The position numbers were made by a program, and so were the translations under genes. Positions 16,635-27,133 of a stretch of DNA of 64,000 nt are shown here, one piece after another (within the stretch, counting starts at the first letter, position 1; every line of letters starts with the position of its first letter). This DNA comes from Chthoniobacterales bacterium (GTDB taxonomy: Bacteria; Verrucomicrobiota; Verrucomicrobiia; Chthoniobacterales; Chthoniobacteraceae). The notes under the pieces were generated by a model. It did not search any database. It saw only the letters and a program-made list of their open reading frames with translations, and was not told where the DNA came from. The stretch is taken from NCBI GenBank assembly GCA_038207335.1, contig JBBQZX010000001.1, positions 32,001 to 96,000 on the forward strand, given 5' to 3'.

Positions 16635-17015
16635 TTGGCTGCGGTAAATTCTAGTTCCGCCCGCTTGTCGAAATTCCGCTCCCATCCAATTTTCGTTTCG
16701 CTCGTGGTTTTCCTTTTGACGGCGGGCTACGGCGAACAACTTTTTGGGCAGTTCACGCGGCATCACCATGAGCGGGCCGTTCAATCCTGCGCGGTGGAAA
16801 ATGGGGAAGTGGGCGTGCATCAGGATCACGATGAGGACAGCCGTGAGAGCGGGGAGAGCGGCTGCTTGGAGCACATGAATGTGATTGGCATGCTGCAACA
16901 GCCGACGGCGGCGCTGATCGTGAATCGGCGGCAGGTGGGCATCGTGGCGGCGGGCGCGGCGAGCCGGGTGGAGGCGCCGGTGCGGGGGATCGATTATCCG
17001 CCTCAGTTGAGTTAA
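16635..17015 (+). CDS. Small His/acidic-rich hypothetical protein upstream of the metal efflux genes (CzcI-like position)
   Basis: N-terminal hydrophobic stretch, HHHE...HQDHDED...CLEH, C-terminal IDYPPQLS; start uncertain. Confidence 0.6.
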   Translation: MAAVNSSSARLSKFRSHPIFVSLVVFLLTAGYGEQLFGQFTRHHHERAVQSCAVENGEVGVHQDHDEDSRESGESGCLEHMNVIGMLQQPTAALIVNRRQVGIVAAGAASRVEAPVRGIDYPPQLS

Positions 17016-17169
17016 CCGGACGGCGGTGTGCCCTCGTGCTTTTGCGGCACGGCAGGGCGCGGGTCGTTTCTAAAAATCACGCGCGCATCTTCGCGCCGCG
17101 TGCCACTTCGCCGAGCGCCGTCGCGCTTCGCGTTCATCCACACGTCCCCGCTATTCGCATCTCACTTCC

Positions 17170-18483
17170 ATGAATTTTACCTTCCATTTCCGCGCACTCT
17201 CAAGCCGCATTTCCGGCCTCGCCGCGATACTCTTTTTCTCCGTCGCTGCCCTCGCTTTCTCCGAGGCCGTCACACTCGACGCGCTCGTTTCCGAGACCGT
17301 CGCGCGCAACCCCGAGCTGAAGTTTTACGAAGCTGAAATCGCAGCGGCACGCGGTGGGCGCACGACCGCTGGCGAGTGGGCGAACCCGGAATTAAGCGCG
17401 GAACTCGGGAGTAAAAAAGTGCGCGATCTCGGCGGAAACAAAGTCGGCGACGGACCGGCTTGGTCGGTGTCGCTCGCGCAGACCTTTGAGTTTCCCGGGC
17501 GCGTCAGCTTGAGAAAGGCGCTGGCGAATCGGCAGATCGAATTGGCGCAGTTCGGGCTCGAGCAATTCCGCGCGGCGCTGGCCGTGCGAGCCCGCTCGCT
17601 CGGCTACCGGTTGCTTGCCGCGCAGCAGCGTGCGGACGCGGCGCGCGGAGTCTCGCAGCGGTTTCAGGATTTGCTCTCGGTGCTCGTCCAGCGCGATGTG
17701 GCGGGGGTCGCGCCGCTGCTGGAGAGGCGCATCATCGAGGCGAGCGCATTCACGCTGGACCGGCGCGCGAGCGAGGCGTCGATCGAGGCGCGCAACGCGC
17801 AATTCGAGTTGAATCAGCTCCGCGGGCTGCCCGTTTCGACTCCTGTGGAAGTGGTGCGGGCGATTTTGCCGCTGAAAAATCCACCCGCGCTCGAACTCCT
17901 GATGGCCACCGCGCGCGAGCGAAATTTCGACATCCGCACGCGCATCGCGGAGCTTGAACAGCAAGGCCTGCGCGTGCAACTCAATCGGAATGAACGCTGG
18001 CCATCGGTGACGGTCAGGCCATTCGCCTCCTTTGAAAAAGGGGCGGACCGCGAGCGCACGATCGGACTCGGAGTGACCGTGCCGCTGCCGCTGCTCAGCC
18101 GAAACGCGGGCAACATCGCGACGGCAAAAGCACGGGAGGCGCAGGCCGAGGTTTCGCTGAATGTAGCGCTCCGCGAAGTCGAGCGGAAGATCGCCGCCGC
18201 GCTGCACGCGTACGAAACTTTTCTGGCGGAGATGGCGAAATGGCCGGCGGATGTTGCCGAGAAATTCGGCGACGCGGCGCGGATGGGGGACGAAAATTAC
18301 CGGCTCGGTGCGCTTCCGATCACAACCTACACCGAACTGCAAACGCAGTATCTGGACACCGTGGATGCGCTGCTTTCCACGCAAGCCGACGCGCTCGAAG
18401 CCCGGCAGCAACTCGAGCTCCTGACCGGACTGAACCTCGGCAACGCACCGGCTCCGGCGGCACAGAAAGCCTCCGGCAAATGA
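17170..18483 (+). CDS. TolC/CzcC-family outer membrane efflux protein
   Basis: Signal peptide, NPEL repeats, QTFEFPG, PLPLLSRNAG; ATGA-coupled to the RND gene. Confidence 0.88.
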   Translation: MNFTFHFRALSSRISGLAAILFFSVAALAFSEAVTLDALVSETVARNPELKFYEAEIAAARGGRTTAGEWANPELSAELGSKKVRDLGGNKVGDGPAWSVSLAQTFEFPGRVSLRKALANRQIELAQFGLEQFRAALAVRARSLGYRLLAAQQRADAARGVSQRFQDLLSVLVQRDVAGVAPLLERRIIEASAFTLDRRASEASIEARNAQFELNQLRGLPVSTPVEVVRAILPLKNPPALELLMATARERNFDIRTRIAELEQQGLRVQLNRNERWPSVTVRPFASFEKGADRERTIGLGVTVPLPLLSRNAGNIATAKAREAQAEVSLNVALREVERKIAAALHAYETFLAEMAKWPADVAEKFGDAARMGDENYRLGALPITTYTELQTQYLDTVDALLSTQADALEARQQLELLTGLNLGNAPAPAAQKASGK

Positions 18484-21400
18484 TCGACAAAATTCTCGAG
18501 TTCTCGATGCGGCAGCGGGCGCTCGTCCTGCTGGCCGCGCTCGGCCTCCTCGGCGGCGGGCTGTGGTCCGCGTGGCATCTGCCGATCGATGCTGTGCCGG
18601 ACATCACCGGCGTGCAGGTGCAGGTGAATACCGAGGTCTCGGCGCTCGCCGCGGAGGAGTCTGAAAAGCTCATCACGAGGCCGATCGAGGTGGAACTCGC
18701 GGGTCTGCCCGGCGTGGAGGAAATGCGTTCGTTGACGAAGTTCGGCCTCTCGCAAGTCACGCTCCAATTCGCCGACGGCACCGATATTTTCGGCGCACGG
18801 CAGCTCGTTGCCGAGCGCCTGCAAAATGCCGCCGAGCAACTGCCGCCGGGCACCGCACCGAAGCTCGCGCCGATCAGCACCGGACTCGGAGAAATCTTCT
18901 ACTACACCGTCCAATACAAGCCCGGCGCGAAGCGGCCCGACACCGAGCTGGAGCAGCTTATGGAGCTGACGGAAATCCAGGAATACACGATCAAGCCGCT
19001 CCTGCGCACCGTGCCCGGCATCGCTGAAATCAACGGCACCGGAGGCTACGAAAAGCAATACGAGATCCAGCCGAAACCAGCCGCGCTGGAGGCGGCGGGC
19101 ATGACTTTCAGCGAGCTCGCGGAGATCATCGAGCAGAACGTGGAGAACGCGGGCGGCGGCATAATCAGCCGCGGCGGACAGCAGCTCACGATCCGCGCGG
19201 TCAGCCGCGTCACGACGCCGGAGGAGATCGGCAACCTGCCGATCAAATTCGGCGCGGCGGTGCAACCGCTCATGGTGAAGGACGTCGCCGAGGTCACTTT
19301 CGGCACGAAATTTCGCACCGGCGCGGCGACGCTGAACGGACGCGAGGCGGTGATCGGCACGACGCTCATGCTCTCCGGCGAGAACAGCCGCGAGATCGGC
19401 GAGCGGGTGAAAAAGCGCATCGCCGAGATACAGACGAAACTCCCGGAAGGCGTAGAAATGGCGGTGCAATACGACCGCTCCGAGCTGATCGACCGCACCA
19501 TCGGCACGGTGAAAAAAAACCTGTTCGAGGGCGCGATCCTCGTGGTGGTCGTGCTGCTCGCGCTGCTCGGAAACTGGCGCGCGGCGCTCATCGTCGCTTG
19601 CGCCATCCCGCTGTCGTTTCTGTTCGCGCTGGCCGGCATGTTGAAAGGCGGCGTCTCGGGAAATCTGATGAGTCTCGGCGCGGTCGATTTCGGCCTCATC
19701 ATCGACGGTGCGGTGGTCATCGTGGAGAACATCGTGCGCCAGCTCGGAGCCCGTCAGCACAAGCTCGGACGGGCGCTCACGGCTGAGGAGCGCGCGCACG
19801 TCGTGCTCACCGCGAGCAAGGAAGTCGGGTCCCCGATGTTTTTCGGCGTCGTCATCATCACGATCGTCTATATCCCGATTTTGGCGCTCACCGGCATCGA
19901 GGGGAAAATGTTTCACCCGATGGCGATCACCGTGATGCTCGCGCTCGCCGGCGCGCTGCTCCTCGCGCTCACGCTCATGCCGGTGCTCTGCTCGTTTTTG
20001 CTGCGCGGGAAAATCCACGAGGGCGACAATTTCCTCATGCGTGTGGCTCGGCGCATCTACGAACCGACGCTGCGCGCGGCGCTGAAGCTGCGCTGGATCG
20101 TGTTGCTCGCCGCGGCGCTGCTCTTCGCGGGGACGATCGTTTTGTTCAATCGTCTCGGCGCGGAATTCGTCCCGACGCTCGATGAAGGATCGATCGCTGC
20201 GATGCTCTACAAGCCTGTGGGAATGAGCCTCGAGGAATCGCTGCGCACCGACATCGAGGTGGAAAATGCAGTGCTCGCGCAGTTCCCGGAGGTGACGCGA
20301 ATTTTCTCGCGCATCGGCTCGAGCGAGATCGCGACCGACCCGATGCCGGTGAATGAAAGCGACGTGTATATTTTCTACAAACCGCTCGAGGAATGGGCGC
20401 GGACGCCGGGGCGTCCGACGACGAAAGCCGAGCTGAGCGAGCAGCTCGACGCGGCGCTCAAAAAGATCAATTCCGAGTACGACATTCTCTTCGCGCAGCC
20501 GATCGAAATGCGGTTCAACGAAATGCTCGAAGGGACCAAGGCCGAACTTGCGGTGAAGATTTTCGGCACCGACTACGAAGTGCTCGAAAAGCTCGCGACG
20601 GAGGTCAAAGAAATCCTCGAATCCACGCCGGGCGTGGCGCAGGTGGAATACGAAACGGAGGGCCGCACGCCGCAGCTCCAGATCGAGGTGAAACGGGACG
20701 CGCTCCAGCGCTACGGGATGCAGGCGGGCGAGGTGAACAAGGCGGTCAGCGCGGCGCTCGGCGGGCAAATCGCGGGCAGCGTGCTCGATGGGAATCGCCG
20801 CCGCAGCATCGTCGTGCGGATGCCCGAGGCATTGCGCGCCGACGATGAGCAGATCAAAAAGCTGCCGCTGCGCGTGGGGCAAAATGGACTCGTCCCGCTC
20901 GGCAGCGTGGTCGATTTCAAGACCGGGGAAACGGTCGAGCCGATCCTGCGCGACAATGGACAACGCCGGGCCGCGCTGATGGTGAATGTCGGCGCGCGTG
21001 ACCTCGAGGGATTCGTGCGCGACGCCGAGCAGCGGATCAAGGAACAGGTGCGACTTCCCGAGAACTACATCGTCGAATTCGGCGGGCAGTTTGAGAATTT
21101 GCAGGAAGCGCGCACGCGTCTTGCGGTCGTCGTGCCCTCGGCGCTCGTGCTCATTTTCATCCTCATTTTCCTGGCATTCGGCAGCGTGCGGCAGGCGCTC
21201 ATCGTCTATTCCGGCATCCCTCTCGCAGTGACCGGCGGAGTCGCGGCACTCGCGATTCGCGATATGCCATTTTCGATCACCGCGGCGGTCGGCCTCATCG
21301 CGCTGAGTGGCGTCGCGGTGCTGAACGGCCTCGTGCTCGTGACCTATTTCAATCAGCTCCGCGAGCAGGGCCGGGCGATCCGCGATGCCGTGCTGGAGGG

Positions 21401-21644
21401 CTCGTTCACGCGCCTGCGTCCGGTACTGATGACCGCGCTCGTCGCGTCGCTCGGATTCGTCCCGATGGCGCTCGCGACCGGCGCGGGAGCCGAGGTGCAG
21501 CGCCCGCTCGCGACGGTGGTGATCGGCGGCATCCTCAGCTCGACGGTCCTCACGCTCATCCTGCTGCCCCTGCTTTACGCGATGTTCGAGCGCGAGCCGG
21601 CTGGGAAAAATTTAGGAAGTGAGATTTCGGATTCAGGGAGTTAA
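18480..21644 (+). CDS. czcA: CusA/CzcA-family heavy-metal RND efflux permease
   Basis: IDAVPDIT, SLGAVDFGLIIDGAVVIVEN, RLRPVLMTALVASLGF, EVQRPLATVVIGG; true start ATG 18480. Confidence 0.93.
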   Translation: MIDKILEFSMRQRALVLLAALGLLGGGLWSAWHLPIDAVPDITGVQVQVNTEVSALAAEESEKLITRPIEVELAGLPGVEEMRSLTKFGLSQVTLQFADGTDIFGARQLVAERLQNAAEQLPPGTAPKLAPISTGLGEIFYYTVQYKPGAKRPDTELEQLMELTEIQEYTIKPLLRTVPGIAEINGTGGYEKQYEIQPKPAALEAAGMTFSELAEIIEQNVENAGGGIISRGGQQLTIRAVSRVTTPEEIGNLPIKFGAAVQPLMVKDVAEVTFGTKFRTGAATLNGREAVIGTTLMLSGENSREIGERVKKRIAEIQTKLPEGVEMAVQYDRSELIDRTIGTVKKNLFEGAILVVVVLLALLGNWRAALIVACAIPLSFLFALAGMLKGGVSGNLMSLGAVDFGLIIDGAVVIVENIVRQLGARQHKLGRALTAEERAHVVLTASKEVGSPMFFGVVIITIVYIPILALTGIEGKMFHPMAITVMLALAGALLLALTLMPVLCSFLLRGKIHEGDNFLMRVARRIYEPTLRAALKLRWIVLLAAALLFAGTIVLFNRLGAEFVPTLDEGSIAAMLYKPVGMSLEESLRTDIEVENAVLAQFPEVTRIFSRIGSSEIATDPMPVNESDVYIFYKPLEEWARTPGRPTTKAELSEQLDAALKKINSEYDILFAQPIEMRFNEMLEGTKAELAVKIFGTDYEVLEKLATEVKEILESTPGVAQVEYETEGRTPQLQIEVKRDALQRYGMQAGEVNKAVSAALGGQIAGSVLDGNRRRSIVVRMPEALRADDEQIKKLPLRVGQNGLVPLGSVVDFKTGETVEPILRDNGQRRAALMVNVGARDLEGFVRDAEQRIKEQVRLPENYIVEFGGQFENLQEARTRLAVVVPSALVLIFILIFLAFGSVRQALIVYSGIPLAVTGGVAALAIRDMPFSITAAVGLIALSGVAVLNGLVLVTYFNQLREQGRAIRDAVLEGSFTRLRPVLMTALVASLGFVPMALATGAGAEVQRPLATVVIGGILSSTVLTLILLPLLYAMFEREPAGKNLGSEISDSGS

Positions 21645-21694
21645 GAGCGCGTCCGTTTCACTTCCTAAATCTCCCTTCTTCCTTCCTAAATTTT
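21607..21694. repeat. Heptamer-periodic inverted repeat element between czcA and argH
   Basis: AAAATTTAGGAAG (21607-21619) pairs with CTTCCTAAATTTT (21682-21694); ATTTAGGAAGTGA also pairs with TCACTTCCTAAAT (21658-21670). Confidence 0.65.
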
Positions 21695-21698
21695 CTCC

Positions 21699-23066
21699 AT
21701 GTGGCACGGCCGATTCAAAGAACAGACAGCGGAACTTTTGCAGCGATTCAGCGAGTCGATCAGCTTCGATTGGCGGCTGTGGGCGCATGACATCGAGGGG
21801 TCGATCGCGCATTCCGCGGCGCTGGAAAAGGCGGGGCTGATAACGGCGGAGGAACGCGAGAGAATCGTCGCGGGGCTGCTCGAGATCGGCGGGGAGATCG
21901 AGCGCGGGGAGTTTCAGTTCAAGATCGAACTGGAAGACATCCACATGAACATCGAGGCCGAGCTCACGCGCCGCATCGGCGCGCCGGGGGCGAAGCTGCA
22001 CACCGCGCGCAGCCGCAACGACCAAGTCGCGCTCGACCTGCGGCTTTACCTCCGCGCGGAATCGGATGCGCTCGTGCTTTCGCTCCGCGAAATGCAGCGC
22101 GCGCTGGTGGATCTCGGCGCTCGGCACAGCGACGTGATCATCCCCGGCTACACACATCTGCAGCGTGCGCAGCCCGTTTTTTTCGCGCACCATTTGCTCG
22201 CGTATGTCGAGATGTTCGACCGCGATATCGGGCGCATTCGCGACTGCCGAGCGCGGCTGAATGTCATGCCACTCGGCTCGGGCGCGATCGCCGGATCGAC
22301 CATCCTGCTCGATCGCGAGTTGATCGCGCGGCTGCTCGACTTTCCCGCGGTGACGCAAAACTCGATGGATGCGGTGAGCGACCGCGACTTCGCGGTGGAG
22401 TTGCTCGCCGCGCTGGCGCTCGTCGCCACGCATCTTTCGCGGTTGAGTGAGGACGTGATTTTGTGGGCGTCGAGCGAGTTCAAATTCATCACGATCAGCG
22501 ATGCGTTCACGACCGGCAGCTCGCTGATGCCGCAGAAGAAAAATCCCGATGTGGCAGAGTTGACGCGCGGAAAAGCGGGCCGCGTATTTGGCAATCTGCT
22601 GTCTCTGCTGACGACGCTGAAAGGGCTCCCGATGACCTACAATCGGGACATGCAAGAGGACAAGGAACCGGTCTTCGACTCGATCGAGACGGTCAAAAAC
22701 GCGCTCGCGATTTTCACCGCGATGCTGGCCGGAATCCGTGCAAATCCCGAGCCGTGCGCTGCTGCCGTGGCCGACCCGATGCTGCTCGCGACCGACCTCG
22801 CAGATTACCTCGTGAATCGTGGCGTGCCGTTTCGGCAAGCACACGAAGTCATCGGGAAAGCGGTCGCGCTCTGCGGCACGCGCCGCTGCGATTTGCCGCA
22901 GCTCACGCTCGAGGATTTCCGCGCGCTCTCGCCCGCGTTCGAGCTCGATGTTTTTGCGATGTTGGATCTGAAAAATGCGATGGCCGCACGGCAGGGAATT
23001 GGTGCGCCATCGCCGCAAAATATCGCCGCGCAGCTCGCTCGATGGACCGCAGCGCTGGCGGTCTAA
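21699..23066 (+). CDS. argH: Argininosuccinate lyase
   Basis: MWHGRF, EDIH, HTARSRNDQ, PGYTHLQRAQP, GSSLMPQKKNPD. Confidence 0.97.
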   Translation: MWHGRFKEQTAELLQRFSESISFDWRLWAHDIEGSIAHSAALEKAGLITAEERERIVAGLLEIGGEIERGEFQFKIELEDIHMNIEAELTRRIGAPGAKLHTARSRNDQVALDLRLYLRAESDALVLSLREMQRALVDLGARHSDVIIPGYTHLQRAQPVFFAHHLLAYVEMFDRDIGRIRDCRARLNVMPLGSGAIAGSTILLDRELIARLLDFPAVTQNSMDAVSDRDFAVELLAALALVATHLSRLSEDVILWASSEFKFITISDAFTTGSSLMPQKKNPDVAELTRGKAGRVFGNLLSLLTTLKGLPMTYNRDMQEDKEPVFDSIETVKNALAIFTAMLAGIRANPEPCAAAVADPMLLATDLADYLVNRGVPFRQAHEVIGKAVALCGTRRCDLPQLTLEDFRALSPAFELDVFAMLDLKNAMAARQGIGAPSPQNIAAQLARWTAALAV

Positions 23067-23071
23067 AATTC

Positions 23072-23776
23072 TTACAAGTCCGGACCGACGTTGCCGTACG
23101 CGTGGACTTTTTCACAAATGAGGCGGAGCTGGCTTTCCAGGTCTCCGCTGGCGGTTTTGAACGCGTCCGCGTCGATCGTCAGCGGCGCTCCTAGGACGAC
23201 GAGCGGCGCGCCGTATTCGGGCGTACGCATCGCTTGCTCAATGCTGAGGCCACCGACTGCTTGGACTGGAATTTCGACCGCGGCGACGACTTCGCGGAGC
23301 TGGTCGAGCGGGCTCGGGCAGCGGCCTCCGGCGGCGACGATTCCACGCCGCTCGTCGTAGCCGATGTGATGGATCACGTAATCGCAACCCAAGTTCTGAA
23401 GCCGTCTCGCGGACGCTACCATGTCGGGGGCGCCGAGATTGTCGCCCATGATTTTGATCCCAAAATCACGCCCGGCTTGCACAACGACTTTGATCGTCTC
23501 GGCGTGTGCGCGCTCCATCACGACGACGTGAGTTGCGCCCGCTTTCGCCATCAATTTCGCCTCCAGCCAGCCGCCATCCATGGTCTTCAAATCGGCCACG
23601 ATCGGCACGTCTGGAAACTCGCGGCGTAGGGCTCGCACACCGTGCATCCCTTCTGAAATGATGAGCGGCGTGCCAGCCTCCAGCCAATCGACGCCGGCGC
23701 GCAGCGCCATGTGCGCGGTGTCGAGCGCCTCGGGAATTTCGGTCAGGTCGAGCGAGATTTGGACGATGGTTTGCAT
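23072..23776 (-). CDS. 3-hexulose-6-phosphate synthase / KGPDC (OMP decarboxylase-like) family protein
   Basis: VQISLD, WLEAGTPLI, IVADLKTMDGG, HIGYD. Confidence 0.85.
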   Translation of the reverse strand: MQTIVQISLDLTEIPEALDTAHMALRAGVDWLEAGTPLIISEGMHGVRALRREFPDVPIVADLKTMDGGWLEAKLMAKAGATHVVVMERAHAETIKVVVQAGRDFGIKIMGDNLGAPDMVASARRLQNLGCDYVIHHIGYDERRGIVAAGGRCPSPLDQLREVVAAVEIPVQAVGGLSIEQAMRTPEYGAPLVVLGAPLTIDADAFKTASGDLESQLRLICEKVHAYGNVGPDL

Positions 23777-23826
23777 GTTTGGCTGCGGTTTACATCGGCG
23801 TGCGCGCGTGGTCGAGTGACGGTGTT

Positions 23827-24486
23827 TTGAAAGCCATCGCGCAGTGTCATTTTTACGGAATCGTCGATCTCGGATACGTCGCCGCAGGCGATGCGCTGAC
23901 GGCTGCTGAGCAAATGATTGAGGGAGGCGTGGACATCATTCAGCTCCGTGCCAAAGGCGCATCGGAGGCTGAAATTGAGACGCTCGGGCAGTGCCTGCTG
24001 ACGGTCACGGAACCCGCTGGAATCCCGCTGATCGTGAACGATTTTCCTCAACTTGTGCCCGCGATCGGCGCGGCGGGAGCGCATGTCGGGCAGGACGATT
24101 TTTCGGTTGAAGATGCGCGCTGGCGGGCAGGCCGCGCGCTGTCCGATGAGGTGCCGCTTCCGCTGATCGGAAAATCGACGCACAGCATCGAACAGGCAGT
24201 CGCCTCGGAGCGTGAGGGCGCGGACTACATCGGCTTTGGCCCGCTCTTTTCCACGTCGACAAAACCGGGCCGCCCCGCGATCGGCCTCGACGACATCCGG
24301 CGCGTCCATGAGCTCGTGACCATCCCGATTTTCTGCATCGGCGGCATCAAGCTCGAGAACCTCGAAACCGTCCTCTCCGCCGGCGCGCGCCGCGTGGTCA
24401 TCGTCTCGGGAATCCTGCAGGCGCCGGACATCGCGGCTTACTGCCGCGAGGCGCGTCGGCGACTGGACTCCGCATTTAGCGTTTGA
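23827..24486 (+). CDS. thiE: Thiamine-phosphate synthase
   Basis: IQLRAK, IVND, HVGQDD, GKSTHS, GPLFSTSTK, IGGI; probable TTG start 23827 (ORF track 23779). Confidence 0.93.
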   Translation: MKAIAQCHFYGIVDLGYVAAGDALTAAEQMIEGGVDIIQLRAKGASEAEIETLGQCLLTVTEPAGIPLIVNDFPQLVPAIGAAGAHVGQDDFSVEDARWRAGRALSDEVPLPLIGKSTHSIEQAVASEREGADYIGFGPLFSTSTKPGRPAIGLDDIRRVHELVTIPIFCIGGIKLENLETVLSAGARRVVIVSGILQAPDIAAYCREARRRLDSAFSV

Positions 24487-24511
24487 GCCGTCGAAACCGC
24501 GCCGCTACAGC

Positions 24512-24560
24512 ATCCGCACTCCGCACTTCCTCAATCCCAAATCTTACTTCCTAAATTCTC
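24512..24560 (+). repeat. Degenerate 7-nt tandem array (7 units)
   Basis: atccgca ctccgca cttcctc aatccca aatctta cttccta aattctc, directly before ATG 24562; shares CTTCCTAAAT with the 21607-21694 element. Confidence 0.6.
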
Positions 24561-24561
24561 C

Positions 24562-25476
24562 ATGCCCGTTCTCGTCGTTGGTTCCGTCGCACTCGATACC
24601 GTTAAAACACCCGTCGAGGAGCATGCCGATTTGCTCGGCGGCTCGGCGTCGTATGCCTCGGTGGGCGCGAGTTTTTTCACGGATGTGAATCTCGTCGGAG
24701 TGGTCGGGAGCGATTTTCCAAAAGCGCATGTGGACTACTTTCGCACGCGGAAAATCGACCTCGCGGGCTTGCAAACCGTTGAGGGGAAAACGTTCCGCTG
24801 GTCGGGCGAATACATGTGGGATTTGAACACCCGCGAAACCCGCAGTGTAGAGCTGAACGTCTTCGAGCATTTCACGCCGACGCTGCCCCCCGGGTATGCT
24901 GAGACGCCGTTCGTTTTGCTCGCGAATATCGCGCCGTCTTTGCAAAGCCATGTGCTCGATCAGATGCAGAAACCGCGGTTCGTGATTGCCGACACGATGG
25001 ACCTGTGGATCAACATCGCGAACGATGATTTATGCGCGCTGCTGCCGCGCGTGGACATGCTGATTTTAAACGACGGCGAGGCGCGGCAATTCACGGGCGA
25101 GACGAGCCTGATCAAGGCTGGGGCAAAGATCCGGGCGCTCGGACCGAAATATGTGGCGATCAAAAAAGGGGAGCATGGGTGCCTGCTTTTCGGTGAAAAC
25201 GAGTTCTTCAGTGCGGGCGCGTATCCGCTCGAGGACATCCACGATCCGACGGGTGCGGGAGACACTTTTGCCGGCGGTCTCGCCGGTTATCTCGCGGCGC
25301 AAAATCAAGGTGCGGTGACTTTCGCGCAGCTCCGAAAAGCGGTGGTCGCGGGGAGCGTGCTGGCGAGTTTCAACGTCGAGGCATTCAGTCTCGAACGGCT
25401 CCGCACTTTGACCCAAAACGACATCGACGAGCGGTATGAAATGTTCCGGCTGATGAGCCAGTTCGAGGTGCTCTAA
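24562..25476 (+). CDS. PfkB-family carbohydrate kinase
   Basis: [28 protein letters not shown]. Confidence 0.92.
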   Translation: MPVLVVGSVALDTVKTPVEEHADLLGGSASYASVGASFFTDVNLVGVVGSDFPKAHVDYFRTRKIDLAGLQTVEGKTFRWSGEYMWDLNTRETRSVELNVFEHFTPTLPPGYAETPFVLLANIAPSLQSHVLDQMQKPRFVIADTMDLWINIANDDLCALLPRVDMLILNDGEARQFTGETSLIKAGAKIRALGPKYVAIKKGEHGCLLFGENEFFSAGAYPLEDIHDPTGAGDTFAGGLAGYLAAQNQGAVTFAQLRKAVVAGSVLASFNVEAFSLERLRTLTQNDIDERYEMFRLMSQFEVL

Positions 25477-25496
25477 CCTTTTTAAAAATACTCCAA

Positions 25497-26453
25497 ATGT
25501 TCACTCGCTCCGATTCTCATCCCATCTCGGTCGTCACTGGCGGTGCCGGTTTTCTCGGCTCTCATCTCACAGACCGGCTGCTGGCCGAGGGGCATCGCGT
25601 GATCGGGCTCGACAACTTCATCACCGGCAAGACCGCGAACATCGAGCACCTTGCTGGTAACGAGAATTACAAGTTCATCAAGCAGGACGTTTCCAATTAC
25701 ATTTTCCTGCCGGACGACGTGGATTTCGTGTTCCATTTCGCCTCTCCGGCGAGCCCGATCGACTACCTCGAATTTCCGATCCCGACGCTGAAGGTCGGTG
25801 CGCTCGGCACGCATAACACGCTCGGCCTCGCGAAAGCGAAGGGCGCGACTTTTCTCCTCGCCTCGACGAGCGAATGCTACGGCGATCCGCTCGTGCATCC
25901 GCAGCGCGAGGATTACTGGGGGAACGTGAATCCCATTGGCCCGCGCGGCGTTTACGACGAGGCGAAGCGGTTCGCGGAAGCGATCACGATGGCCTACCAC
26001 CGCTACCATCATGTCGATTCGAAAATCGTACGTATCTTCAATACGTACGGCCCGCGGATGCGGCTGCGCGACGGGCGCGTAGTGCCGGCATTCATCGGCC
26101 AGGCGCTGCGCGGCGAACCGCTCACGATTTTTGGCGATGGCTCACAGACACGTTCGTTCTGCTTCGTGAGCGATCTTGTGGATGGGATTTTCAAGCTCGC
26201 CATGTCCGATTTTCACGAGCCTGTGAACATCGGAAATCCGCGCGAAATGACGATCAAGCAGTTCGCCGAGGAGATTAAAAATCTCACTGGCGCGGCGTCT
26301 GAAATTGAGTTCCACCCACTGCCGGTGGATGACCCGAAAGTGCGGCAACCGGACATCACTCGGGCAAGGAGCGTATTGAATTGGGAGCCGCGCGTTGCCT
26401 TTGAAGACGGCATTCGCGCGACGATCGATTTTTTCAAAACGCGACTGGATTGA
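25497..26453 (+). CDS. UDP-glucuronate decarboxylase-family NAD-dependent epimerase/dehydratase
   Basis: [39 protein letters not shown]. Confidence 0.92.
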   Translation: MFTRSDSHPISVVTGGAGFLGSHLTDRLLAEGHRVIGLDNFITGKTANIEHLAGNENYKFIKQDVSNYIFLPDDVDFVFHFASPASPIDYLEFPIPTLKVGALGTHNTLGLAKAKGATFLLASTSECYGDPLVHPQREDYWGNVNPIGPRGVYDEAKRFAEAITMAYHRYHHVDSKIVRIFNTYGPRMRLRDGRVVPAFIGQALRGEPLTIFGDGSQTRSFCFVSDLVDGIFKLAMSDFHEPVNIGNPREMTIKQFAEEIKNLTGAASEIEFHPLPVDDPKVRQPDITRARSVLNWEPRVAFEDGIRATIDFFKTRLD

Positions 26454-26546
26454 GTTTTTCGGCACTTTTTTCTAGCCAAGGAAAAGCATTTGTTTCAGAT
26501 AACTCCCCTCCCTCCCGTTCCCGCAGCCTCCCACCAACTCCCTGCC

Positions 26547-27107
26547 ATGAAATATCTCTTTCTCTCCATCGTCGCAGTTTTCGGGCTCAGCCTCACTGCT
26601 TCTGCTCAGGTGCCAGTTGGTCCAGGTTCGGTGAAGCTGGGCAAGGTGCAGCCGGCGATCATCAAGACACCGGAGTTTCAGATCACCGGCGGGCAGAACA
26701 AACGCTACAAGCTCGGCGACTGGCTCGAGGTCGAGGTCGAGTTCGAGACTAAGCCGGAGGATGTCGACGAACTAACTTTCAAATACACGATCCTTTTCGA
26801 GAAGAAGCTCCTCGATGGCGAGGTGACGCACGTCAGCATCCCGAAAGGTCGCGACCATTATTCCGTGATGTATGTGGCGCCGCGGACGCTTGATCGGCTG
26901 ACTGGCGGAAAGGCAATTACGCCCGGGAGCATCGAGAATATTTGGATCGAAGTCTCGCGCCAGGGGCAGGTGCTCGACAAAGCGAGCTTTCGTCCGGGCG
27001 CGGTGCCGAACGTGCCGCATCTGACCGGCTATGTTATGAACAAGAGCGAGACGCCTTTCGCGGCGCTCTACTTCGATCGCTACGAGGCGATCAAACACAA
27101 ACCGTAG
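26547..27107 (+). CDS. Amuc_1102-like secreted pilus-associated protein
   Basis: Signal peptide, WLEVEVEF, KSETPFAALYFDRY; first gene of the five-gene pilus operon. Confidence 0.72.
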   Translation: MKYLFLSIVAVFGLSLTASAQVPVGPGSVKLGKVQPAIIKTPEFQITGGQNKRYKLGDWLEVEVEFETKPEDVDELTFKYTILFEKKLLDGEVTHVSIPKGRDHYSVMYVAPRTLDRLTGGKAITPGSIENIWIEVSRQGQVLDKASFRPGAVPNVPHLTGYVMNKSETPFAALYFDRYEAIKHKP

Positions 27108-27133
27108 CAGTCCTCAGGCGGAACTTTTAATTC

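Noticed and set aside
18327..20963. 878-aa antisense ORF
   Set aside because: Shadow of czcA, typical of GC-rich codon usage; no motifs
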